Part shown: piece after piece, positions 27,801 through 32,000 of the stretch
Layout: each line of letters begins with the position of its first letter
How positions within the stretch are numbered: the stretch's first letter is position 1
Assembly (NCBI GenBank): GCA_016196885.1
Contig: JACPWU010000003.1
Location: forward strand, 73,052 to 105,051
Reading direction: 5' to 3'
Length of the DNA: 32,000 bases
From: Chlamydiota bacterium
GTDB taxonomy: Bacteria > Auribacterota > JACPWU01
The notes under the pieces: generated by a model
Databases searched by the model: none
Seen by the model: the letters and a program-made list of their open reading frames with translations, nothing else
Told to the model about the DNA's origin: nothing
Translations under genes and position numbers: made by a program

Positions 27801-30236
27801 ACAGAGACAGCGGGTGAAATAAGGATGGTCTTTGACAGTAAATTTTCCGGATCCATGGGGAGCGGAAATGTTGGAAGAGCTCTTCAATCTGCTCTTGATT
27901 TGATGGATCCTAGCTATCGTCAGACCATGGTGGGAGCTTTGGATGCGTGGACAACCGATGAAAGTCCAATGGTTTTTGCTGCGTTCGATCAATCACGAAA
28001 TCTTGCCGAGAACCACCAGCGGGATCATTTTGGTGGAGTGAATATGGCGATCCCGAATATTCCACAGGATTTTGAAGGTTTAGAAGGATTCCCCTCCAGG
28101 GAGGTTTTAGAATCCATTCGCGACATTGCTTTCGCTGTCTCTGTTTTCCATGAACTGGGTCATGAAGCAGATGCAAATGCCCAAGAAGAGGAATTGACCG
28201 CAAGAGATGTTCAATTAACTTTCGCTCTTTTAAAGGCACGAGGGGTAACTCTTGAAGAGTATATTCAGGTGATGCGTAGAGTTGTTGCTCCACAGAGCCT
28301 CTACCTTGATGTATTGCATCCGCATAATGCATTGACTCAAGAGGAAGTAGAATCCGCGAATCGGTTGTTGAATCATTTATCTTCAGAAGCATTAAATATT
28401 CCAGAAAATTCCACGCTTGTAATCCTTGGGAATCCAGATCCTCAATTTCCAGGGCAGGCGGTTGAGGCAATACGTAAGCTCAATCCTTCTCGCATCATCA
28501 TTGTGGGAAAAGGGGGTGGAGATCGTCCTGAGTGGGAACGGATTCGAAACGCAATCCTTGAAATGGATCCCTTACTAGAGTCAAAGATTTTGACAGATTC
28601 TGGAGATGTTTCTATGAACACCGGTCAAAATGTATCATCGGTTGCTAAAATTTTTAAGGACAATTCGGGTTTATCTCCAAATGTTGTCCTTGTTGCATGG
28701 ACGGCGGGGGATCTTTTAGCCAGGCGTATTTTTGAGAAACAATGGGCTGAAAATGCTTCGAAACAGGATCTTTCAGGCGTTAATCCAACCTTTTATTCTT
28801 CACCTGTTCAAACCTCTTTTACCCTCACGGCCGGTGTACGTTTGAGTGAAACGGCTTTATCGTATCTTGAACGTGCCACGGGTCAAATTGGGCGTTTGGG
28901 AAGTTGGGGAGGTACGTTTATTAATCAACATGATGGAGATTTGCCAGCCAGTATTTTGGAAGATGCTCGGGTGGTTCAAGCCGCCTTGAATCGCATTACT
29001 CCGAAAGAAAAAATTCAGATGTCAGCGGCAGTTGGAAAAAAGGTTGAGCCTACTCGTTCATGGGTTAATGTAGATGGTTTCGAGGAGTGGATGAAGCTTT
29101 CGAAGAAAGCTGTATTGCAAGATCTTTCCAAAAGTCAGGATATGGCTCAAGTTTTTAGAGATTTGGGAAAGTATTTGGTGGAATATCGCGGGTCTTTCCC
29201 CATGACGGATGTTGAGTTTGATCGTTTGACCGATGAAGTGGGGGATCGCTTGGCGTTGGATAGAGATGAGGGAGCTAAAGAAGAGATTCGTGTCAATCTG
29301 GATGTGAGAACGATCCTTCAAGAGGCAGGACTTTCTCAAATGGTTCAAAATGTGGAGAGGGCTGTTCGGCGCGATGGTACTCCATTTCAATTGAATGAAG
29401 AGGTGGTCCTTGATTTAAGCTCCGAGATCCCGACGCTTTCACAATTAGGAGAAACAGGAAAGGTTGTAGCAAGAGAGTCCGTTAACGAGCTGCCTGATAG
29501 ATTGAGTTCCCCCAAGCAGATCACAATGCAGAACCCTCACTATTTTGCTCATGCCGTCGCTCATCTTGCATTGCAATCTAGATTGAGAGAGTCAGAGGAC
29601 AAATTGATCACGGGTGTTTCGGGTCGTAACGCGGTTTTAAAAAATGAAGTGGTTCTTCGACCCATTGACATAGAGCTTGTCAGGCAAGGGCAGCAAGGTC
29701 TGGGTTTGGGAGAAGTTGCGAAGAGACTGGGTTTAGGAAAGCCGATTGTAGTGGCTCATGACAAGAGTCAGGCTGATCTTGAGCAGGAATTGAAAGGGAT
29801 GGGCCTAAGTGATGTGTACGCTATTTCTTTGGCAGGGGTAGAGGAAGGTCAAAGAGGTGAAGCATTGACCCAAAGGGTAGGAGAGATATACAGCCAGAAT
29901 TTTCGGGCACAAAATAACGATCAGCCTTTTAATCCAGCCCAAAATATGATGTTTCTATGTCACGAGGGGAATAGAAGTATTTATGAACCTAGTTTACCCA
30001 CAAATGTTCCTGTTCGTTATGCAAGAATTTTATGGGTCGCCATTATTGCAACTTCATGTGATCCACAAAAAGTAATGGCCGCCTTGAGAGAAATGGGCAT
30101 TGATCCGACACCTTTCCAAGGATCTTTACAAGATATAGACACAAAGAGCATCAAGCCTATTTCCCTCTTTGAATCTTTAAGTGAACGTGACGCCAGAATT
30201 AAGAGGGCCGCTCACTTGAGAGAGACGAGCATGTAA
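18801..30236 (+). CDS. Giant multidomain membrane protein 2 (head domain, 4-TM block, malate synthase, degenerate ICL, ICL, HExxH, DUF218-like, tail)
   Basis: 3,811-codon ORF. GGGGGAG lies 2 nt upstream of ATG 18801. The N-terminus is signal-peptide-like: MYKIVQKITSILLCLSFFSYDVSSSFAQE. Confidence 0.9.
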   Translation: MYKIVQKITSILLCLSFFSYDVSSSFAQETHLLNPITSAQGGKALVNSSLSLESVLEDLKIPYDFGEVIEKSAIPNRPLVFLIEDVHCHSEVQLNIRRILNTLLRANLSMNSHAKLNVLLEAAEGPMDMSFFTAFPDKEVLKIAQDQFLKNNDVTGVESFLMTEGASQAQGVGIEDLSSYVNNVRLMGELIQENEVHQADWQNLDEVFGKLREKIYSKDLLEFVQKKSDYENLELDVNDYEAYLSSVYQKTFQKNAGEENPTLGSLEKLRKLEVGFDENALRQEYLSYLKILEKNLSKDELTKVLRNVLEYRLGRESDQDHYLFLSQYFERVKGQSHGDYNNMESGVKEYRNLESMFSQMLIMKELSWERLEAELLAVENKLMETLAGSANEKALLSLEKDHGILKRIVAFEGKREDIKTAFSVQRSADRKDNSGFVENLVQRLKSVTQENHLSFSSPDFGKTFSLAKKFYQQVLDRDRIFLDKALKEIKERKLSNAALVVGGFHTSGLKEAFKKAHVGYWVIAPRYTQHDDRSAYFKKMKEQFGFLGGSSDELATMPWDTLVNVARTHAVLLLPERVGQTLVQIYQDLHEGQLPDFQGWEAAVPALADAIAEIERRVVAGEHVANPATEPLTPERLQTITGLSASQIQTLLSPNSSDAETVTTANVILRYLGTLMERNGYEREGWRGLVEVEEEGREGPPSSTEESSKGRLSLLKGSDIFEYTLGFFESVGITFTILALASIVALVLVASSPVIPNPVARLPVFLFMELLGSYFISQKLWIWGHKSMPRIYVRMKINHGSAFADKWFWRFNVERDWDVPFIRQKETKGMEAKEVKDLFNTLKDAVASGARISRLERTAKIVWQISFGVSFFLAIAQYLTTHDATMDATISWAGIPFMIAFIIVHLATSIASPPRGRLSLLAGSPSQGGAAGEVPSNGVTLVDPEIKKYSDILSPEVLAMTAKIDRATRDERKVRKEEEEARIAGIRRGEQGVKFLDPSETIPSFQGESWTVEKIRTESWTGAIPQEVVEASKNANTVQELKAWFEANPQFKKWAKVVIQPDELTGPGDGLNKVAYALNGVKGSDGKAHPPRHWMVDFEDALKLRDVIKGVYFTTQALNEHPDFLEEETKKGYGHHPKNYPLVIARPSGVHLDAAELMVDGESASATVVAVVSYLVNNYQALTELGQDPFLYLPKINSVKDAYLWDKILSLAEDEMNLPRGTVKTQMLVERVYAMAELEEIMWVLRHRMIAINVGRYDYANSWEQAMQGQSDVISPDWKQMTMDKAFLRNYVERVGKLAAKHSILFIGGMAQQIPEKNEAANQRAMAKVKADKLTYEYPYGVSGAWMAHPGMVETLQAASQEGMHGKPNQLGLERGPVTYTPEDLAGLLEPHPGVLTEEGIRAQINMKLQYVASYLSTGAAVAVYDAGQELKLMQDRATDETAYNKLWAAMHKLKATLQDGRHLNPELFDQLLADELRKVKAGENSAVSSTYYDVVAEVLSRVVKFDTVIPWFTDILHLVDQLKDEKGVIDSEVARRAIDTYLNVYKSTGRRLTRPDLGVFFRTWKGESRSDVVARVQSGTWKPEILEIYDYVHGVPVSSHIRSILEQMNRSLADESTNLSDAERRFVELRAWVRDGVVLENGRKLDEDLLLDLFDEEISKIRKQNPEAYAKTRYPAIALILEQALTAEYQIPSLGKVLEVIRDYKDFEQARPRIRQVFLHYSLQHQIEQEEIRRNDSRFKGINRLDSAQDVVGERGTVRNLYHRVNTLSGRLFDLLKTALERGESVSTYETSTVPQLIEQGVELPVAYVGDTQRSQDPIVRRVSRFAKAQELHDRKDLVASYEKTGVANMSGNRFRPIIASADLEQPDKSSHINVRKRVRELVQAGASGVKLSNHSYDHSEYVEGHVLLSTEDFVGRLNTARNTADILGVSTVLMASIDTEDATLIESMDDKTDQPFILGVTGRGVTSLKAFIIEKKREAMGTGSSLSRQDWINLTSEWKAQAGLMTYYEAVERAILIARRYENNEDGRGNALAAWREMRHAPLAAAKAKAKELGFGDVRWNAENARTPENYYQVKGGVDMAIAIAKKSSDFSDILLRNGGKKDLAETVSEAKQFADEVNTEGSERKILAFSWPLSTEVAGLTPEELTRIPEQLGQFGYALQLVPEAGPVGEALAIKAFSHQYAKPERQMEAYTSDVQHEELKAGAPMVEHQGWSGADLVDYVMKAITGGTTSTGIVQQGSTIDQFSKKASPETLTEATGALSDVLAHASTPTETQDPEFQERVRKIEEKFARDKEKNGIERPYSAETVAVLQGTLPDDYSRSQQVATKLRRMFKRHQEEGTLSSTFGALDGNQIETMVMFLTSIYVSGWQASSTAGSNLEGGPDIADYPYDTLPNKVRELMDALIEGDQKQVERYLSEVKGVFDEGQKLRIPLPLKDYPFLPFFVDFFAPIIADADTGHGGLTAVMKLTKMFVEAGAAAIHIEDQKAGTKKCGHMGGKVGVALQEHEDRLVAVQLIADMMGVDLVIVARTDMEAAKLLDTNIHPSDHAFITGTTNEELESLNDVIKRAQEEGKTPKQLEEITKAWLKEANLVTYADAVEAIVSKNGISPIDSDALELWRAVNHPLEEVSVEVAEKIAQKLGFDLVKFIETNPQRDPSYLNALQNAVRDFLKTQSGKENLLSFWNAIHDRTRGLSWDAAKAFANVLGYDPKWSAEKPRTREGFYQLNAKREKYGIRYGIMMSIVRLWHYAPRAHVLWVETGNPDVKDAATIAKYVHKKFPKKWLAYNCSPSFVWSNFMTPDEIAQFQRKLGELGYVWVFITLAGIHIDAFTTDRLAKLTRTGGPLALIKGVWDMKVEAEAPLILSALQLLYEQHSKRYQELVQRLNGGNEPFSEAATIFFNQIRIIDGKGSIHPYLLDFLKGAVTSEGPRFPKERTVAGEQTGKGSSPFQGEVNREHRSKATDQNYYAETSRRNGVTSRTEVEQAIRTDTNSEKVNLSLTETAGEIRMVFDSKFSGSMGSGNVGRALQSALDLMDPSYRQTMVGALDAWTTDESPMVFAAFDQSRNLAENHQRDHFGGVNMAIPNIPQDFEGLEGFPSREVLESIRDIAFAVSVFHELGHEADANAQEEELTARDVQLTFALLKARGVTLEEYIQVMRRVVAPQSLYLDVLHPHNALTQEEVESANRLLNHLSSEALNIPENSTLVILGNPDPQFPGQAVEAIRKLNPSRIIIVGKGGGDRPEWERIRNAILEMDPLLESKILTDSGDVSMNTGQNVSSVAKIFKDNSGLSPNVVLVAWTAGDLLARRIFEKQWAENASKQDLSGVNPTFYSSPVQTSFTLTAGVRLSETALSYLERATGQIGRLGSWGGTFINQHDGDLPASILEDARVVQAALNRITPKEKIQMSAAVGKKVEPTRSWVNVDGFEEWMKLSKKAVLQDLSKSQDMAQVFRDLGKYLVEYRGSFPMTDVEFDRLTDEVGDRLALDRDEGAKEEIRVNLDVRTILQEAGLSQMVQNVERAVRRDGTPFQLNEEVVLDLSSEIPTLSQLGETGKVVARESVNELPDRLSSPKQITMQNPHYFAHAVAHLALQSRLRESEDKLITGVSGRNAVLKNEVVLRPIDIELVRQGQQGLGLGEVAKRLGLGKPIVVAHDKSQADLEQELKGMGLSDVYAISLAGVEEGQRGEALTQRVGEIYSQNFRAQNNDQPFNPAQNMMFLCHEGNRSIYEPSLPTNVPVRYARILWVAIIATSCDPQKVMAALREMGIDPTPFQGSLQDIDTKSIKPISLFESLSERDARIKRAAHLRETSM
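18970..20390 (+). other. Conserved 'head' domain, paralog of 4384-5935
   Basis: LIEDVHCH (about 19051-19070), LLEAAEG, KLREKIYSKDLLEFV, VGGFHTSGL (about 20304) and WVIAPRYTQ. Confidence 0.5.
20059..20086 (+). repeat. Heptanucleotide tandem repeat CAGCGTT x3 plus CAGCGGA in coding sequence
   Basis: CAGCGTT CAGCGTT CAGCGTT CAGCGGA, translated FSVQRSADR. Confidence 0.9.
20975..21540 (+). other. Block of about four transmembrane helices
   Basis: The hydrophobic runs are GITFTILALASIVALVLVASS, LPVFLFMELLGSYFI, IVWQISFGVSFFLAIAQYL and WAGIPFMIAFIIVHLATSIA. The block is flanked by KGRLSLLKGS and RGRLSLLAGS. Confidence 0.65.
21600..23450 (+). other. Malate synthase A-like module
   Basis: The family motifs occur in order: ELTGPGDG..K...ALNG, WMVDFEDA, IARPSGVHL (vRPRGWHL), PFLYLPKINS (yfYLPK.es), GTVKTQMLVERVYA (GTIKatvLIEt..A), INVGRYDY (lNcGRWDY), GAWMAHPG (G.WvAHP) and QDRATDETAYNKLW (EDaATaEIsR.Q.W). 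Boundaries are approximate. Confidence 0.8.
24010..25545 (+). other. Isocitrate-lyase-like module with a degenerate active site
   Basis: The ICL scaffold is present from the N-terminal RFKGINRLDSAQDV through FRPIIASAD to the C-terminal tail HQGWSGADLVDYV...GGTTSTG...GSTIDQF. However, TGHGG is replaced by LEQPD, HIEDQ by KLSNH, and KKCGH by YDHSEYVEGH. Confidence 0.65.
25690..27370 (+). other. Isocitrate lyase module (intact catalytic motifs, long eukaryote/ICL2-type insertion)
   Basis: ERPYSAETV, SIYVSGWQASST, ADYPYDTLPNKV, PIIADADTGHGG, AAAIHIEDQ, KKCGHMGGK (KKCGH at 26274-26288), VIVARTD, VLWVETG, LAYNCSPSF and VFITLAG. Confidence 0.85.
28149..28163 (+). other. HExxH motif (HELGH), possible zinc-metallopeptidase-like site
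   Basis: AFAVSVFHELGHEADA. This is motif level only; no third ligand was identified. Confidence 0.25.
28410..28800 (+). other. DUF218/YdcF(ElyC)-like module
   Basis: LVILGNP...IIIVGKGGG...PEWERIRN...SMNTGQNVSSV...VVLVAWTAGDLLARRIF parallels the DUF218 pattern (vvLG, i.sGG, E...m, S.nT.eNa, vilVTs..Hm.Ra...f). Confidence 0.4.
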
Positions 30237-30327
30237 CATAACCCCTCCAACTCCCCTTTGAACTAACCCTAAAGGGCTATAAAATCTTGAGGGGAGAGTA
30301 AAAAGAAGGAAAAACTAATGTGTCTTC

Positions 30328-30353
30328 CCGCTTCCTTAAACTAAGGGGAGCGG
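30328..30353 (+). repeat. Intergenic copy of the CTTAAACTAAG-core palindrome family
   Basis: CCGCTTCCTTA-aac-TAAGGGGAGCGG, with one indel in the stem. It has the same core as 5566-5588. Confidence 0.7.
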
Positions 30354-30387
30354 TTTTCCCCCTCTTGCTATGAGAGTGAGGCTTATT

Positions 30388-30434
30388 TGTAGTCGCCCCA
30401 TTTATGGGGCTGCCCGATGAATCGGGCGACTACA
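30388..30434 (+). repeat. REPIN-like palindromic element, copy C
   Basis: TGTAGTCGCCCCATTTATGGGGC-t-GCCCGATGAATCGGGCGACTACA lies about 150 nt after the gene 2 stop and is followed by AAAAAAA. It differs from copy B by one loop base. Confidence 0.9.
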
Positions 30435-30615
30435 AAAAAACGTGATAGGGAGAACTTTTATCGCACACGATGATCTCGAAAGATCATGGGAATTAAATTA
30501 AGAGGGGCTAGGGGAGTTAGTTCGATAAGGGGGGGGAAGGGAAAAGCCAAGGAAGATAAGGGAGAAAACCTCTTTCCGCCTTTGTTTTCTTTTTGTCATC
30601 CTTTCCCCTTAATTT

Positions 30616-31863
30616 TTACTGACCTCTCATCAACCATTCCTTAAGAGGAATTCCCTGGACAGACTCTGTATAGAAGGAGTCGTTCTTGGTAAGAACAAGA
30701 AGTTTTTTATTGCGGAATGTTTTTCCAAACCAGTCAAATTCGTGAGGCTGAACTCTGTTTTGGTATTTCACCTCAATGATTTCGGGCCTCACGAAATCAA
30801 TTTCTCTTTTTCCGCTCCAATATCCGACTGCTTTATCCCTTCTCTTCAGCTCTTGGCAAACAATTCCTTCTGCGATTTGGCCTGAAAACTCTGGGGTGAG
30901 AGATTGTGCTCCAACGCCGACCAAAGTCCCTTTTGTTTGAAAGAGATGAAAAAGCAAAGGGTCTATAGGATAATATTTTCGATTTTTTCTGGGAGCAATG
31001 TCCTGATTGAGATCCATCCACAACACTTCATAAATGGCAAAACAATCCATGAGAAGTTCTAGATATTGTCTGGCCGTATCATTAGAGGCGATCCCCATTT
31101 CTCTGGCAAAGGTATTATGAGAAAATCCGGAGGAGGTGCGCTTCACCAAAACCTCTACGCAGTGACGCAAGAGAATGTCGGATTTCCCTCTTTTTAGAAA
31201 TTCTCCCTTGATCCAGCTCCAATAAATCTCTCCAACATAATCGGGTAAGACCTTAAGACGGAGGTATTCATTGACAGACCAGGGAAATCCTCCCGTTAAA
31301 AAATATTCTTCCAAACTCAAATACTTGTGAAGATAACGGTAAGAAACAGGTAGAAGTTCGAAATCTGTTTTTACATGTTTTCCTCTGCGGCCCGGGAAAA
31401 GTTCTCCGCCCTCCTTGAGAGAGGTTGTGGAAGAGCCTGTGTAAACCATTAAGACATTCGAAAGCTTTCCTTGATCTGCCAATGATTTAACGGCTCGATG
31501 CCATTGGGGAATGCTTGTGATCTCATCAATGAGAATGGCTGCCTTGAAATCTTTTTCGGAGAGTTTTTCAATCCAATCTAGTAAAACAGATTTCAGCTCT
31601 CGCCAAGATTCGATTTCATCCCCTTCGACCATGAGCACGCGATCCCCTGAGAGCTTCTTTAAACATTTTTTTACAATCAGCCTCAGTAAAGTGCTTTTTC
31701 CAACCTGGCGAGGACCTAGAATAGAAAAAATCCCCTCAGCGAGAGGAATCTTTTCCAAAACCTCGTCCAAATGAGGAAGTTGAATCGGACTTTCCCGAAG
31801 CTGCTTTAGCTTTGGATCCTGATCTTCCCAATGGGGGTTATTGAGCCAAGCGTGATATATCAT
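30616..31863 (-). CDS. AAA+ ATPase of the AAA_14/DUF4143 family
   Basis: Walker A ILGPRQVGKST, Walker B AILIDEITSIPQW, and a C-terminal W.GKREIDFV...IEVKY (DUF4143-like). AGGAGG lies 12 nt upstream of the ATG on the minus strand. Confidence 0.85.
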   Translation of the reverse strand: MIYHAWLNNPHWEDQDPKLKQLRESPIQLPHLDEVLEKIPLAEGIFSILGPRQVGKSTLLRLIVKKCLKKLSGDRVLMVEGDEIESWRELKSVLLDWIEKLSEKDFKAAILIDEITSIPQWHRAVKSLADQGKLSNVLMVYTGSSTTSLKEGGELFPGRRGKHVKTDFELLPVSYRYLHKYLSLEEYFLTGGFPWSVNEYLRLKVLPDYVGEIYWSWIKGEFLKRGKSDILLRHCVEVLVKRTSSGFSHNTFAREMGIASNDTARQYLELLMDCFAIYEVLWMDLNQDIAPRKNRKYYPIDPLLFHLFQTKGTLVGVGAQSLTPEFSGQIAEGIVCQELKRRDKAVGYWSGKREIDFVRPEIIEVKYQNRVQPHEFDWFGKTFRNKKLLVLTKNDSFYTESVQGIPLKEWLMRGQ

Positions 31864-31887
31864 CGAGTAGAACTACCTCCTGTCCTT

Positions 31888-32000
31888 GTAGGGATCAGAA
31901 GGTAGAACCCTCACGGATCCCCGCATGCAGATTTCCCGCACGGGGCTCTTCAAGATTTGTTTCGGTTCAGAATATGACATAAGGGTTCCATCCTAATGAT
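31888..32000 (-). mobile_element. Possible 3' end of a group II intron (domain V at 31916-31948, domain VI-like hairpin at 31888-31912); the body would lie beyond the window
   Basis: The minus strand reads GAGCCCCGUGCGGGAAAUCUGCAUGCGGGGAUC. This matches the D5 layout: AGC triad, 9-bp lower helix, 2-nt bulge, 4-bp upper helix and a GAAA-type loop. One G.A sits where G.U is usual. It is followed by GUGAGGGUUCUACCUUCUGAUCCCUAC, with an A 8 nt from the putative 3' end. Confidence 0.4.

Noticed and set aside
27910-28470. 186-aa minus-strand ORF inside giant gene 2, along with other antisense or alternative-frame ORFs such as 4403-4852, 16980-17366, 19068-19406, 20744-21103 and 12824-13063
   Set aside because: All lie entirely within long, motif-rich plus-strand ORFs. 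Their translations are low-complexity or Cys/Arg/Trp/His-rich. I see no recognisable motifs or convincing RBS. They are shadow ORFs.

Overview
The window looks bacterial: AGGAG-type RBS motifs and overlapping toxin-antitoxin gene pairs. I guess it comes from an uncultivated, giant-gene-rich lineage, but I cannot verify that. About 78% of the window (24,988 nt) is two giant plus-strand genes. Giant gene 1 (4172-17723) is split into two ORFs by a +1 frame change at a G5 run near 14054-14058. Read through, it would encode about 4,500 aa. Giant gene 2 (18801-30236) encodes 3,811 aa. By eye, the two products share a roughly 520-aa N-terminal 'head' (DVHCH ... LEAAEG ... GGFHT.GL ... APR.TQ) behind a signal-peptide-like segment, and probably a C-terminal tail. 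Their central enzyme modules differ. Gene 1 carries a class-I SAM methyltransferase-like module, a UDP-sugar pyrophosphorylase (UDPGP) module, TM segments and beta-rich Ca-binding/CBM-like repeats. Gene 2 carries a 4-TM block, malate synthase, a catalytically degenerate isocitrate-lyase paralog, an intact isocitrate lyase (KKCGH), an HExxH motif and a DUF218/YdcF-like module. I think this head/tail-conserved, cargo-variable giant-protein locus, with a whole glyoxylate shunt fused into one membrane polypeptide, is the most unusual thing here. A small STAS-like gene and a GC-rich, apparently structured non-coding element lie between the giants. Upstream (1906-3760) are two TA pairs, DUF433/DUF5615 and MNT/HEPN. 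Each is bracketed by copies of a 77-bp repeat that duplicates the 3' end of the preceding large ORF. Other features are three REPIN-like GTAG palindromes, in-frame palindromic mini-elements, heptanucleotide tandem repeats and long poly-G runs inside the coding regions. The right edge has a minus-strand AAA+/DUF4143 ATPase gene and a possible group II intron 3' end (domain V/VI). All family assignments are motif recognition by eye; no searches were run.
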